A stretch of DNA of 64,000 bases from Thermoproteota archaeon (GTDB taxonomy: Archaea > Korarchaeota > Korarchaeia > B14-G2), in the NCBI GenBank assembly GCA_037917675.1, contig JAVCBW010000005.1, positions 93,887-157,886 of the forward strand, written 5' to 3'. Shown here piece by piece: positions 28,646 to 38,525 of the stretch. Position 1 is the first letter of the stretch; every line of letters begins with the position of its first letter. The notes beneath the pieces were generated by a model. The model saw only the letters and a list, made by a program, of their open reading frames with translations. It did not search any database and was not told where the DNA came from. Both the position numbers and the translations under genes were made by a program.

Positions 28646-30126
28646 ACTTCAGGGACTTCTCTGATAGCTTCCTCTATCGCTTTCTTCCTCCTGAGCCTTA
28701 TGGCATATGCAACTATGGCTATGACAACAGCTAACATTGTAGCAAGCATCATGACTGTAGCAGCCTTGATTCCCTCCTCTCCTTCTGGCTGTAGTGTGCT
28801 AGCTGACGGCGGTGATAGCTGTTCTCTAGGAGATGCTGTAGGTGTTAGCTCTGTAGGTGGTGTTATCGTAGGTGTAGGAGAAGGCTTAGGAGAGGGAGCT
28901 ACAGTGAATGTGATAGCTGAACGCATGTAGCCGCTCTTAGACACAGTTAAGTTATGTAAGCCACTTGCCACTGGCATGTAGACTGTGCCCTTGCTGTCAG
29001 TGTAGTATACTATGGTCGTCCCATTGGAGTATCTGGCTACAACCTCAGCTCCTCTGACAGGCTCTCTAGATATGGCGTCAAGCACCTTCACTTTAGCTAT
29101 TCTAGCTGGCTGCAGAGCTACTTCAATCAGCAGCTTTCTGAGCACGCTTATTTCCAGCCAAGTCGTATTGAGGTATTTCCCATCAGCCCGCACTACTACC
29201 TTAACCCTATATGAACCTGGAGGGGGGAGCTCTATCTCTAGAGGGATTTCCTCAGATGTTTCTGCTAGTGGAAGAGCTGTGAAAGCCTTTCTTCCAGATA
29301 CACTAGCCTCTGGGATACTCCATAGGACTTCTATGCCTATGGGAGTAGATAGCTCGTGTGCTACTGTGACTAGCAACTGATAGCCTGTAGTCTTGTTCCT
29401 CAGCTGTACATTAGAGTAGATTTTAGGCTGCACTAGGAACACTCGATGGGTAGCTGTTAGGGTTATGTTGCCAGCGGAAATCTCTAATTGCAGATCATAT
29501 GGGCCAGCACTCCAGTTTGAGGTTACAATCTGGAGCTCAGGAGAATCTATGTCTGTAATGGAGCTTGGAGGCAGTACTGTATCTATTTGAGACGTACGTA
29601 TCAATCTATCACCTGAGAATACTGTCATCTTGATGCTGACAGCTATAGAGCTGTTGATAGTGTTTGCTAGCTTGAAGCTTAGAGGGATCCTTGACCCTAT
29701 AGGGATCTCATATGGCATCGATGAGGGGATCAAAATTATGGGAGGCACTTCAACTCTGAAGTAGTATGTAGCTAGCAGCTGTGATCCTACTCTGACCTCT
29801 AACTTCCATACACCTTGTGAGGAGGAGATTGGAAGCTTATATGTGTACGTGGCTTCTCCTAGAGTCACATAGATGAGGCTCTCATCTACTATAGTCCCAT
29901 TTGGAGCATAGAGAGTAGCTAGTAGAGCTACCCCTGAGACAGCCTCACCCTCCCGGGTTCTAAGGTACATCACACACTGTATGTTTTCTAGTGGATGATA
30001 GGATTCTCTCGTGAACCCACCTGTGATGGTGTACTGTTGTACAGGCGATACCTGTAGTAGTATAGTAGCTAGAGCTAAGATTAGAGCTCTCAGACTTAAT
30101 CACCAAGTCAGTCTGGGAATCAGCAT
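28642..30126 (-). CDS. Cell-surface protein: Ig-like/beta-rich ectodomain, Pro/Thr-rich stalk and C-terminal TM anchor. If the ATG at 30126 is used, the signal peptide contains an in-frame TGA.
   Basis: The C-terminus is ...SPKPSPTPTITPPTELTPTASP...ATVMMLATMLAVVIAIVAYAIRLRRKK. Upstream and in frame, MLIPRLTW-TGA-LSLRALILALATILLQVSPV would form a signal peptide. The track ORF (28642..29973) starts at a GTG after that segment. Confidence 0.45.
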
Positions 30127-30127
30127 A

Positions 30128-31513
30128 TTAATCCTTTCCTTCAGAAGACCTGCATGTTAGCCTTCTCTCCACAGCTTCTATAGCATCTGCTTCACCGAGA
30201 ACCCTCACCTTCTCTCCAGGCAGAAGCTCTCGCGACACACGTGGGATCTCAGGATCCCCTCCCCGTGTGTAAACTAAGGTTACTGTGACACCCATCTCCT
30301 GTATCTCACCTACTGTAGGGGCTAGATGTGTATCTACTTCTATCAGCTTGAATAATGGTGCACCTGACTTGTAGAAGGATGGTGATCTAAGCTCCATCTC
30401 CTCTCCTTTAGTGATGAGAACTTCGACAATCCTCTCGCTTGCCTTCCCATCTCCAAATGGACAAGGCTGCTCTCTTGCCTTCTCCCGGATATCAGGGTCA
30501 TATATTATCCTCCTCACAGCACTGACTATCTTCTCTGTAGCACATCCAACTAGGATATTGGTTCCTAGCTCCACTGTTTCCGGCCTCTCTGTGTTCCTTC
30601 TCAAGGTTATGCATGGGATCCCTATTGCAGCAGCCTCTTCTTGTACGCCTCCTGAGTCTGTCAGTACAAGCATGCTTGCCTGTAATACTCTTAGGAAGTC
30701 TATGTACCTTAGAGGCTTTAGCAAGTATAGGTGCTCTATCTTCTTGGCTCTCTTCCAGAGGCCCTGCGCCTTTAGAGCTTCCTGCGTCCTAGGGTGTACA
30801 GGAAATAGGAATATCAGGTCATCTAGCTGCTCTATTGCAGCCAGGATCCTCTCCAGAGCCTGCTTAGTCACATTGCTTGGCCTATGAACTGTTATAGTAG
30901 CTATAGCCATGTCTTCACTCAGACCTAGGTCTTCTATGACATCAGACTCCTCTCTAGCCTTATCTAGGTATTTTACTAGAGCATCTATGCCTGTGTTCCC
31001 TGTAACATAGACTGATGAGGGGGGGACTCCCTCATATAGGAGGTTTAAGGCAGCTCTCTCTGTTGGAGCAAAGTTCAGAGAGGATATCGAGTCTACTATC
31101 CTCCTGTTCACCTCCTCTGGCATCGTCATGTCAAAGCTTCTGAGACCTGCCTCTATGTGCGCAAATGGAATACCTAGTTTAACAGATGCTATTGCTGCTG
31201 CCAGCACTGAGTTTGTGTCTCCCTGAGCCAGGCATAGGTCTGGTTTAAAGGTAGATATTACATGCTCTGCCTTCACCATGGTTTCTCCTGTCTGGGAGGC
31301 ATGAGAGCCTGAACCCACCTCTAAGTCGAAGTCTGGCTCTCCTAAGTTAAAGTCTGATAGAATAGCATCTCTCAGCATTCTATCGTAATGCTGGCCTGTA
31401 TAGCAGAGCGCCCATTCAATCTCAGGATGCATCTGAAGCTTCTCGAGTACCGGTGCGGTCTTAACTATCTCAGGTCTAGTTCCAACAAATACGAGAAGTC
31501 TCAATGGGATCAC
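30128..31513 (-). CDS. wecB: UDP-N-acetylglucosamine 2-epimerase (WecB-like) fused to a C-terminal TrkA-C (RCK_C) domain.
   Basis: The N-terminal 370 aa (VGTRPEIVK, CYTGQHYD, LAQGDTNSV, HIEAGLRSFD) is epimerase. The C-terminal 90 aa (KLIEVDTHLAPTVGEIQE...LVYTRGGDPEIP...LLPGEKVRVLGEADAIEAVE) matches the TrkA-C pattern. Confidence 0.6.
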   Translation of the reverse strand: MIPLRLLVFVGTRPEIVKTAPVLEKLQMHPEIEWALCYTGQHYDRMLRDAILSDFNLGEPDFDLEVGSGSHASQTGETMVKAEHVISTFKPDLCLAQGDTNSVLAAAIASVKLGIPFAHIEAGLRSFDMTMPEEVNRRIVDSISSLNFAPTERAALNLLYEGVPPSSVYVTGNTGIDALVKYLDKAREESDVIEDLGLSEDMAIATITVHRPSNVTKQALERILAAIEQLDDLIFLFPVHPRTQEALKAQGLWKRAKKIEHLYLLKPLRYIDFLRVLQASMLVLTDSGGVQEEAAAIGIPCITLRRNTERPETVELGTNILVGCATEKIVSAVRRIIYDPDIREKAREQPCPFGDGKASERIVEVLITKGEEMELRSPSFYKSGAPLFKLIEVDTHLAPTVGEIQEMGVTVTLVYTRGGDPEIPRVSRELLPGEKVRVLGEADAIEAVERRLTCRSSEGKD

Positions 31514-31564
31514 CTTAAATGAACAGCATATTTAAGAAGTTTAGCAGCTGTCTCTAGGCTGAGC

Positions 31565-32650
31565 ATGTGCATGAGAGAGCAGCTACCTAGAACCATTGAG
31601 TGGATGGATGGCAGAGTTCGATTCATCAATCAGCTTAAGCTGCCTGATAAGCTTGAGTATGTTGAGACAAGCAGCCCTGAGAGAGTAGCAGAAGCCATAT
31701 CCAGGATGGAGATAAGGGGTGCCCCAGCTATAGGTGTTGCAGCAGCTATGACGCTTGCTTTAGCTGCTGTCAACTCTCAGGGGGAGAATATTCTTGACGC
31801 CGTCAAGAAGACAGCTGAGACTCTGCTTTCCACTAGACCTACAGCATATAACCTCTATGGAGCGGTCAGTAGAGTCCTCAGGAGAGCAGAGGAAGCCTGT
31901 AATGCTGGCGAAGACGCTACCAGGGCTATAGTAGAGGAGGCTCTCAAGATAGCTCACGAAGATGAAGAGGCAAATAGGAGGATAGGTAAAGCTGGCGAGC
32001 AGCTCATAGAGGAGGGAGCTAGAGTTCTTACGATATGCAATGCAGGGTCTTTAGCAACCTCATACTATGGGACAGCTACAGCCCCCATGTATGCAGCACA
32101 TGAGAGAGGTAAGAGCTTTGAGGTTATTGTCCTTGAAACTAGACCTTACCTTCAGGGAGCTAGGCTCACAGCATGGGAGCTAAGTAGATGCGGGATTAAG
32201 GTCACAATAGCTCCAGATAACCACATGGGCATCTTGATGCAGAGAGGACTCGTCGACATAGTACTCACTGGAGCAGATAGAGTAGCTATCAGCGGGCATG
32301 TCGCAAATAAAGTCGGGACATATCCGCTTGCAGTCATGGCACATAGGCACTCAGTACCTCTATACGTCTGCTCACCTATGTCTACAGTAGACCCTAAGGT
32401 AAGCGGAGAGAACATGCCTATTGAGACTAGGAGCGCAGATGAGGTACTGTACTTTGCAGGCAAGAGGATAGCACCAGAGGGAGTTAATGCAGTCTACTAT
32501 GCTTTTGATGTGACGCCACCAGAACTGATCACAGGTATAGTAACCGAGCTTGGGATAGCTGAGCCTCCATATCAAAGGAGCCTTAAGATGCTAGTTGAGC
32601 AATATTATGCTCTCCATGGGAGTAATTTAAATAGAGGGTTAGGATGGTAG
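31565..32650 (+). CDS. eIF-2B alpha/beta/delta-like isomerase (methylthioribose-1-phosphate or ribose-1,5-bisphosphate isomerase family).
   Basis: Supporting sequences are GAPAIGVAAA, CNAGSLAT and GADRVAISG, at about 360 aa. Confidence 0.65.
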   Translation: MCMREQLPRTIEWMDGRVRFINQLKLPDKLEYVETSSPERVAEAISRMEIRGAPAIGVAAAMTLALAAVNSQGENILDAVKKTAETLLSTRPTAYNLYGAVSRVLRRAEEACNAGEDATRAIVEEALKIAHEDEEANRRIGKAGEQLIEEGARVLTICNAGSLATSYYGTATAPMYAAHERGKSFEVIVLETRPYLQGARLTAWELSRCGIKVTIAPDNHMGILMQRGLVDIVLTGADRVAISGHVANKVGTYPLAVMAHRHSVPLYVCSPMSTVDPKVSGENMPIETRSADEVLYFAGKRIAPEGVNAVYYAFDVTPPELITGIVTELGIAEPPYQRSLKMLVEQYYALHGSNLNRGLGW

Positions 32651-32657
32651 AGGCCTC

Positions 32658-33836
32658 TTGAGCGAAAGGAGATCTGTCCGTGAGATACTGGTTGAGCTTA
32701 AAGATACAGCATCCTATGTTGTTAGCTTAGCATACGCCTCTCTTCTATCTAGGAATGTAGAGCTTGCTAGAGAAGTCATTGAGCTAGAGAATGAGGTAAG
32801 AGACCTGAGAGACGACTTGCTTGAAGCTATCCTCCTTGCTGCCAGAAGTGCGCGTAGAAGAGAAGAGGTGAGGTCTCTCACCACACTACTAGAGGTAGGG
32901 TATGTTTCCATGCAGATAGCTAACGCAGCTGCAGACATAGCTAAGCTTGCTATGGCAGGAGGCCCTCTGCCTCTCTACCTTGTTAAGGCACTTAAGGAAT
33001 CTGAGATTGTGACTAGCATAGCTACAGTGAGCAGTAGATCTAAGCTTGTAGGCAAGAGGCTAGCTGAGCTCTTTAACCCACCCATCCTAGGTGGGTGTGA
33101 TGTATTAGCTATAAGAAGAGGGAGGACATGGATATTTGACTATGATGCTGACGAGGTTATCGAGGAAGGAGATCAGCTTCTGTTGAAGGGAACAGCAAAG
33201 GGGGTTAGGGAGGCAAGCGCAGCACTTGGAGGAGAAATCGTGGTCCAGGGGCCTCTTGGAATGGTCGATCTACCAGTCATAAGGAACATCTTAAGGAGGA
33301 TGAAAGACATCTCTGAGAGCATGATTGAGCTAGCTTACACAGCTCTGATATATGATAACATCGAGATAGCTAGAGAAGTCATCAAGCTAGAAGAGCAAGT
33401 GGATAGGCTTTACACACAGTTTGAGAGAGAAGTGCTTAAGGTGGCTGGAGCTGACCTGGCAAGCAGCTTACCTCCAGCTCTTAGGGTAGCAATAGCCTCT
33501 GAGGGCATCGCCGATGCAGCAGCAAGCCTAGCTGAGCTTGTTATAGACAGGATAACAGCTCACCCAGTACTTAAAATAGTCTTCAGAGAAGCAGAGGAGA
33601 CTGCTATCCTAACTAGAGTTAGACATGGCTCGTATCTAGATGAGAGAGGGATAGCGGAATCAGGTATTGAAGAAAAGAGCGGGATGAGAATTGTTGCAGT
33701 CAAGAGAGGAGGAAGGTGGATAGTAAACCCGCCAGCTAACTACGTGGTTAAGAGGGGAGATCTGATCGTAGCTGTAGGCATGCCAGAAGGAGCAAGAGTC
33801 CTCCTTAGCATGGTGGAGGGGGATGGGAGCACATAG
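32658..33836 (+). CDS. PhoU-like plus TrkA-C tandem-repeat protein (COG3273-type).
   Basis: It contains two repeats, each a PhoU-like helical segment (VELAREVIELENEVRDLRDDL; IEIAREVIKLEEQVDRLY) followed by a TrkA-C-like beta domain (VGKRLAELF...GDQLLLKG; ...RGDLIVAVG). Confidence 0.5.
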   Translation: MSERRSVREILVELKDTASYVVSLAYASLLSRNVELAREVIELENEVRDLRDDLLEAILLAARSARRREEVRSLTTLLEVGYVSMQIANAAADIAKLAMAGGPLPLYLVKALKESEIVTSIATVSSRSKLVGKRLAELFNPPILGGCDVLAIRRGRTWIFDYDADEVIEEGDQLLLKGTAKGVREASAALGGEIVVQGPLGMVDLPVIRNILRRMKDISESMIELAYTALIYDNIEIAREVIKLEEQVDRLYTQFEREVLKVAGADLASSLPPALRVAIASEGIADAAASLAELVIDRITAHPVLKIVFREAEETAILTRVRHGSYLDERGIAESGIEEKSGMRIVAVKRGGRWIVNPPANYVVKRGDLIVAVGMPEGARVLLSMVEGDGST

Positions 33837-34719
33837 AAGGCCTAACACGCTGTCTTTTGCTGGACTCACAGGATATGAGTATGATAGTATAAGATATGTT
33901 ATAGTACCTGTACCATATGACTCGACTGCCAGCTTCCACCCTGGAGCTAGAGAGGGGCCCTTTAAGGTGCTTAGGGCATCAGAGGAGCTTGAACTATATG
34001 ATCCTAAGCTAGGGGTGACGCCAGCTGAGGCAGGTATAGCAACAGCTAGTGATCTAGAGCTTCCACTTGGTAATCCAGTAGAAGCTATCAGAGCCATAGA
34101 GGACTTATGCTATCAGGTGATAGCTGATCGCTGTATCCCAATACTCATTGGAGGAGAGCACACTATAGCTGTTGGAGGAGCAGCCGCAGCTAAGCGAGCT
34201 TATAGGGAGGTTGCAGCTGTGATCTTTGATGCACATCTAGATCTGAGGGACTCATATCGAGGGAGTAGATACAGCCATGCCTGTACTGCTAGGAGAGTCC
34301 TAGAGCATGCTGATAGGGTTATTATAGTTGGATGTAGAGAGGCTAGCTATGACGAAGCTGAATATGCTAGGGAAGAAGGGAAGGTAGAGGTCATATGGAG
34401 ATGGGACCTCTTAGATGGCATGGAGAAGCTATCTGAGGCCCTAAGTGAGGCTGGTGAAGCTATCTACCTGTCTTTTGACCTAGATGCGCTAGACCCCAGC
34501 GTGCTGCCCTGTGTAGGATGCCCCTCTCCAGATGGGCTCTCATTCAGAGAAGCAGAGCATGCTTTGGCATGCATCCTGAGGAGATGCTATGTGGTCGCTG
34601 CCGATTTCACTGAGCTCTCCTGTATGCTCCCCCATGCAAGCTGTGGTATGACCGTTGCCAAGCTAGTCTATAGGTTTATTGGGATGCTGGAGTCCTATAG
34701 CTCAGCTAAGGGTAGGTGA
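33823..34719 (+). CDS. Arginase-family ureohydrolase (agmatinase-like).
   Basis: Mn-binding motifs are present: GGEHTIAVG, DAHLDLRD and SFDLDALDPS. Confidence 0.75.
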   Translation: MGAHRRPNTLSFAGLTGYEYDSIRYVIVPVPYDSTASFHPGAREGPFKVLRASEELELYDPKLGVTPAEAGIATASDLELPLGNPVEAIRAIEDLCYQVIADRCIPILIGGEHTIAVGGAAAAKRAYREVAAVIFDAHLDLRDSYRGSRYSHACTARRVLEHADRVIIVGCREASYDEAEYAREEGKVEVIWRWDLLDGMEKLSEALSEAGEAIYLSFDLDALDPSVLPCVGCPSPDGLSFREAEHALACILRRCYVVAADFTELSCMLPHASCGMTVAKLVYRFIGMLESYSSAKGR

Positions 34720-35864
34720 AGCTCTTTCAATAGAAGTTTAAGCCCAGACTTTATGTTGCCAGATGCTAATATCACGTGCTTGAGTGGATCATGCAGGAGT
34801 AGGAGCTCTATGGGGCAGGTCACTGATACCACGGCTTGAGCTCTACATAGCTCTGTGAACATCATGTTCGACTGGATCACCTTACCCTCTGCTATAGCTG
34901 CTCCCTCACAGCGAAGAGGCGCTATGATAGTCACCTTACCAAGCCTTATGTCTCCAGTTGGAGAGACACCTAGCTTATGTCTGGCATGGGTCCTCAATAC
35001 AGAGAACTCTAGGCCACCTACTAAGCTTATTGGTATTGTGCAGTGTGAGACCACTAGCTGCCTTTTATCGAAGTCTACAGAGGATATGTGAGGCATCCAA
35101 CATGGCTTCCCCCTCAGGTTAGATGCTATTGAGAAAAGCAAAGATGCTGAAGCCTCCTCTCCACAGCCGAGAGGTATTCCTTCCTCATTCAAGACTGCTA
35201 CTGGAAGGCAGGGAGCTACGCCTAGAGAGCCTATCAGCTCTCTGCTGCATTCGATGTGAGCTCCCAGCTGCAGCTTGGTGCCTAAAAGCTCTCTTAGAGC
35301 AATATATGCCCTAGCAGATTTTACCATTAGATCCCAGCTAGCATCTAGGATACCCATCGCTTGGCTTCTCCACTTTTCCGCCATGTGCTCAGCTTCCTGC
35401 ATGCTAACCTCTTCATAGGCTTCTAGCAGGCTGTCTACTGTGATGTGCTTCACTCTTATACTGGAAGGGAGCTGCTGTCTGCCATAGCCTATCATGTAGA
35501 ATGGATGAGAAAGCTTTTGGATGGATCCAGCAATCCTGAGAAGCGACACTAGCCGCTCCACTGTCCTCCTTCCAACCTTGTCTATGTACCATGGGAAACG
35601 TGCTTGAGGATGCTCTCTGACGAGCTCTATTGCTCGTGTTATGCTGCCTATCCCTCCTATGCTCACTGGTATCACTGGAAGCGTATCTGGAGCATTCTTT
35701 AGTGAAAAGCTGCTCTCACTGAATGCAACTAGGACGTCTACCTCCTCTAGCTTTTCAAAAGAAAATGTGATGAAGGGATCTATCTCCTGAGCTCTAAGCA
35801 TGAGCTCATCAATAGCTGACCTGCAGCTATCTGACTCAGCTATGACACCTACTCTCAGCCTCAA
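34695..35864 (-). CDS. Hypothetical protein (389 aa). It lies directly downstream of, and on the same strand as, the pilin-like gene.
   Basis: No confident motif was found. A sugar-isomerase-like fold is a weak guess only. Confidence 0.3.
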   Translation of the reverse strand: MRLRVGVIAESDSCRSAIDELMLRAQEIDPFITFSFEKLEEVDVLVAFSESSFSLKNAPDTLPVIPVSIGGIGSITRAIELVREHPQARFPWYIDKVGRRTVERLVSLLRIAGSIQKLSHPFYMIGYGRQQLPSSIRVKHITVDSLLEAYEEVSMQEAEHMAEKWRSQAMGILDASWDLMVKSARAYIALRELLGTKLQLGAHIECSRELIGSLGVAPCLPVAVLNEEGIPLGCGEEASASLLFSIASNLRGKPCWMPHISSVDFDKRQLVVSHCTIPISLVGGLEFSVLRTHARHKLGVSPTGDIRLGKVTIIAPLRCEGAAIAEGKVIQSNMMFTELCRAQAVVSVTCPIELLLLHDPLKHVILASGNIKSGLKLLLKELHLPLAEL

Positions 35865-35907
35865 GCCTATCTGTTAGAGCTGTTCCACCACCCTTATTAA
35901 GCAGCTG

Positions 35908-36162
35908 TTACCCACCTGAGAGCCAGCTCCAGATATCTTTCAGCCCACCGGATAGCGTATCCAGCAGCTTCGACCCTGATTCAGACGCTGCCTTCATGAG
36001 GGAGTCTAGGAATGATGCTATCCCCTTGATGGGCTCTACTATCAGTATGAAAAACAGAGCCACAGTTGATGTCAGTAAGAGAGCCTCGCTTACCACTTCG
36101 TTCACACCCCTCTCATCTCTGATGAAATCCTTGATAAGTGAGAAAAATCTTCTAGCCTGCAA
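35908..36162 (-). CDS. Small type-IV-pilin-like protein with a class III signal peptide.
   Basis: A putative prepilin-peptidase cleavage site is IRDERG|VNEVVSEALLLTSTVALFFILIVEP, followed by a roughly 20-aa hydrophobic helix. The predicted mature size is about 65 aa. Confidence 0.45.
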   Translation of the reverse strand: MQARRFFSLIKDFIRDERGVNEVVSEALLLTSTVALFFILIVEPIKGIASFLDSLMKAASESGSKLLDTLSGGLKDIWSWLSGG

Positions 36163-36191
36163 CTCATCCCCATAGTCAGTATAGCCGTGAA

Positions 36192-36234
36192 CAGATTTAT
36201 CCCCCGAACATCTGAATCTCGGATAGTAAATCTG
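36192..36234. promoter_or_regulatory. Inverted repeat (CAGATTTAtcc ... ggaTAGTAAATCTG; 8-bp perfect arms 27 nt apart) in the divergent pilin/ATPase promoter region.
   Basis: Read directly from the sequence between the pilin start (36162, minus) and the ATPase start (36256, plus). Confidence 0.3.
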
Positions 36235-36255
36235 TTTCTGGGTGTGATATAGCTG

Positions 36256-37914
36256 ATGATAGAGCTAGGCATGGAGAGACTGCCTTCAAAAGGTTGCAGC
36301 AGATACGCTAACTGCTTGGCTGTCAAGGCTGCACTGGAAGTATGCCTATACCTTCCACAGCAGACATGCTCTAGTCTAAATGGGTTTAAGGCTGAGCTTC
36401 AGGATGAGAATCAGGCGAGAACCCTAGCTAGGTCAGTGCTAAAATCCATGAGGAACATGGCTAAGGCCCCACCAGACTGCAGAGTGCTGCGTAGCATCCA
36501 CTGTAGGCACGTGATCGGGCGTGTTGTGGAGGGAAGCAAGCTAGCTAATCTAGCCTGTATCTTCTGCAGGCATGCTGAGTCTTGCAGCTTATGTGCCAGC
36601 CTTCTTGAAGTTTGGAGAGCAGTGAATTCGATGAGCTTCCGTATATGGGAGCCTGCGGAGGAGGTGTTGAGGACAGAGGAAGTTGAGTTTACTGAGGTAA
36701 GCTATGTGAGGAGGGGAGGGAGAGTATATGCCTTTTTCCGGGAGAAAGCTCGTAGCATGCTGCAAGCTGAGGCGCTCAGGGCTTGCCTACGCTTTCTCTC
36801 TGAGAGCCCACCTAGCGGGAGAAGCCTAGGTGATGCAATAGAGCTGGGAGTACATGCTATCGGGGAAGCTCTCCGCAAGCTGGCAGGTTATGAGTGGTTT
36901 AGAGAGGTAGCGCTTGAAGCTGTCATGATGCACTTTAGGCTACATGAAATCTATCCGCTAATAGCAAACCCTAGGGTTACAGAGGTCTATGGGACGCTTG
37001 GGCACACACTGTACTTTGACCACATACACCTAGGGAGATGTGATACTAGGGTACAGCTGACAAAGGAGCTTTATGATAGGATCCTTTCTATAGCTGAGCT
37101 AGACCCCTATAGCTGGCTTGACGAGAAAAGCCCCTCACTTAAAACAAGCATTGAAACAAGGTATTTTAAGCTCAGAATAACTGTAGACGGGGCTCCTCTG
37201 GCAGAACCGTCAGTAGACATCAGAAACCTCACTAGCATGCAGCTCATGTCTCTACCAACACTGATTAGCATAGGTAGCATAAGCTATCTTGACGCTGCAA
37301 AGATGCTTAAGTCGCTGGCTTCGGGAGCGAATATCCTTGTAGCTGGGCCTACGGGAAGCGGAAAAACTACACTGTGCAATGCGCTTCTCGTGTTCACAGA
37401 CCCCTCTGCTAGGATAATTAGCATAGAGGGGAGCAGAGAGATAGAAGACATGAGCAGATATGGGAAAAAGCACCACATATATGTGGTCCCTCCAGCTGAA
37501 AGCGGGGATAAAGGTGGGAAGTGGGAGGAGGTCATCAAGCTTCTTCATAGGAACCCAGATGTTGTCTTCCTCGGTGAACTGCAACACCAGATGCATGTAG
37601 ATGCATTCTTTACAGCAGTGGAGAGCGGGTTTCAGGTGATGGCAACAACTCATGCTAGGTCGCTTGAGGAGCTTAGAGAGAAGTGGACTAGATGGAATAG
37701 GCAGTTTGACCCCTATAAAGTGGATGTCGTTGTCACCATGGAGAAGAATGGGGGAGCACGTAGGGTAGCTACAGTCTACCAGAGGAATAGAGCCGACCTT
37801 AAAGGTAGAGAGCGTGTTGTAGAGAAGATGCTTCAGATCCTAAAGAGAGGAGAGCTACCCAACATCGAGTGTGCTAGAGCAGTAAGACAAGCCTACTATG
37901 GGGATGACGGTTGA
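36256..37914 (+). CDS. Type IV pilus / archaeal secretion ATPase (FlaI/PilB/VirB11 family) with a roughly 150-aa Cys-rich N-terminal extension.
   Basis: Walker A is ILVAGPTGSGKTTLCNALL. An Asp-box-like PDVVFLGELQ and a His-box-like VMATTHA are present. The N-terminal FlaI-like domain contains ...TRYFKLRITVDG. The first 150 aa carry about 14 Cys (CSRYANC...CRVLRSIHCRH...CIFCRHAESCSLC). Confidence 0.7.
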   Translation: MIELGMERLPSKGCSRYANCLAVKAALEVCLYLPQQTCSSLNGFKAELQDENQARTLARSVLKSMRNMAKAPPDCRVLRSIHCRHVIGRVVEGSKLANLACIFCRHAESCSLCASLLEVWRAVNSMSFRIWEPAEEVLRTEEVEFTEVSYVRRGGRVYAFFREKARSMLQAEALRACLRFLSESPPSGRSLGDAIELGVHAIGEALRKLAGYEWFREVALEAVMMHFRLHEIYPLIANPRVTEVYGTLGHTLYFDHIHLGRCDTRVQLTKELYDRILSIAELDPYSWLDEKSPSLKTSIETRYFKLRITVDGAPLAEPSVDIRNLTSMQLMSLPTLISIGSISYLDAAKMLKSLASGANILVAGPTGSGKTTLCNALLVFTDPSARIISIEGSREIEDMSRYGKKHHIYVVPPAESGDKGGKWEEVIKLLHRNPDVVFLGELQHQMHVDAFFTAVESGFQVMATTHARSLEELREKWTRWNRQFDPYKVDVVVTMEKNGGARRVATVYQRNRADLKGRERVVEKMLQILKRGELPNIECARAVRQAYYGDDG

Positions 37915-38525
37915 GAAAGGTGGATGCTCTATTCCTCGTGCTGCTCACGGCAACAGCAGCTACTGTACCAGCTCTCTCAGCAGCTATACTTGCTACTAGG
38001 CTTCTCCTTGTAGCTCTTGAGAGGGCTGCGTCTAAGAGGGTAGAGTTATCCTATCTGACGTCAGCATACGCCTTCGCATTCACCTACCTAACTGGGCTAG
38101 AGAGAGGAGTACCTTCAGCACTAAACGCAGTGTTAGCTCTTGGTATAGAGCCATATGCAGCTGATCTCAGGAAGCTGAAGGCTGAAGCTCTGAGGGGTAG
38201 GCCTCTACAGGAGCTAGTTTCAGAGTATGCTGAAAGAGTCCCTGTACTCCCATCTAGGATAGCAGTGCTCTCTTCACTAGGCAAGCAGGAGAAGCTAGGC
38301 TACATAAGAGAGCTTGTAGCCATAGAGGTGAGTGAGAAGATATCTGCCTACCTTAGTGCAGCATCACTTGCTGTAGTAGGAAACTACCTCCTACTCCTCA
38401 TGCTGCTGATGCTCCTTGCGCTTGGAAGAGTTAGTGGCAGCCACATGCTGGTAGCAGCCATATCAGCCTTCACTATGGAGGTAGGTGTACTTGAGTACTG
38501 GAGCAGGACCGAGGCTGAGGAGTAG
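37911..38525 (+). CDS. TadC/FlaJ-like membrane platform protein, first half (one T2SS-F-like repeat).
   Basis: It has a TM segment, a cytoplasmic helical domain and TM segments. It overlaps the ATPase stop; the start may be the GTG at 37920. Confidence 0.45.
   Translation: MRKVDALFLVLLTATAATVPALSAAILATRLLLVALERAASKRVELSYLTSAYAFAFTYLTGLERGVPSALNAVLALGIEPYAADLRKLKAEALRGRPLQELVSEYAERVPVLPSRIAVLSSLGKQEKLGYIRELVAIEVSEKISAYLSAASLAVVGNYLLLLMLLMLLALGRVSGSHMLVAAISAFTMEVGVLEYWSRTEAEE

Noticed and set aside
36102-36326. 74-aa minus-strand ORF spanning the pilin/ATPase divergent promoter.
   Set aside because: It overlaps both the pilin start and the ATPase start regions, has no start context, and is probably a chance ORF in a promoter region.
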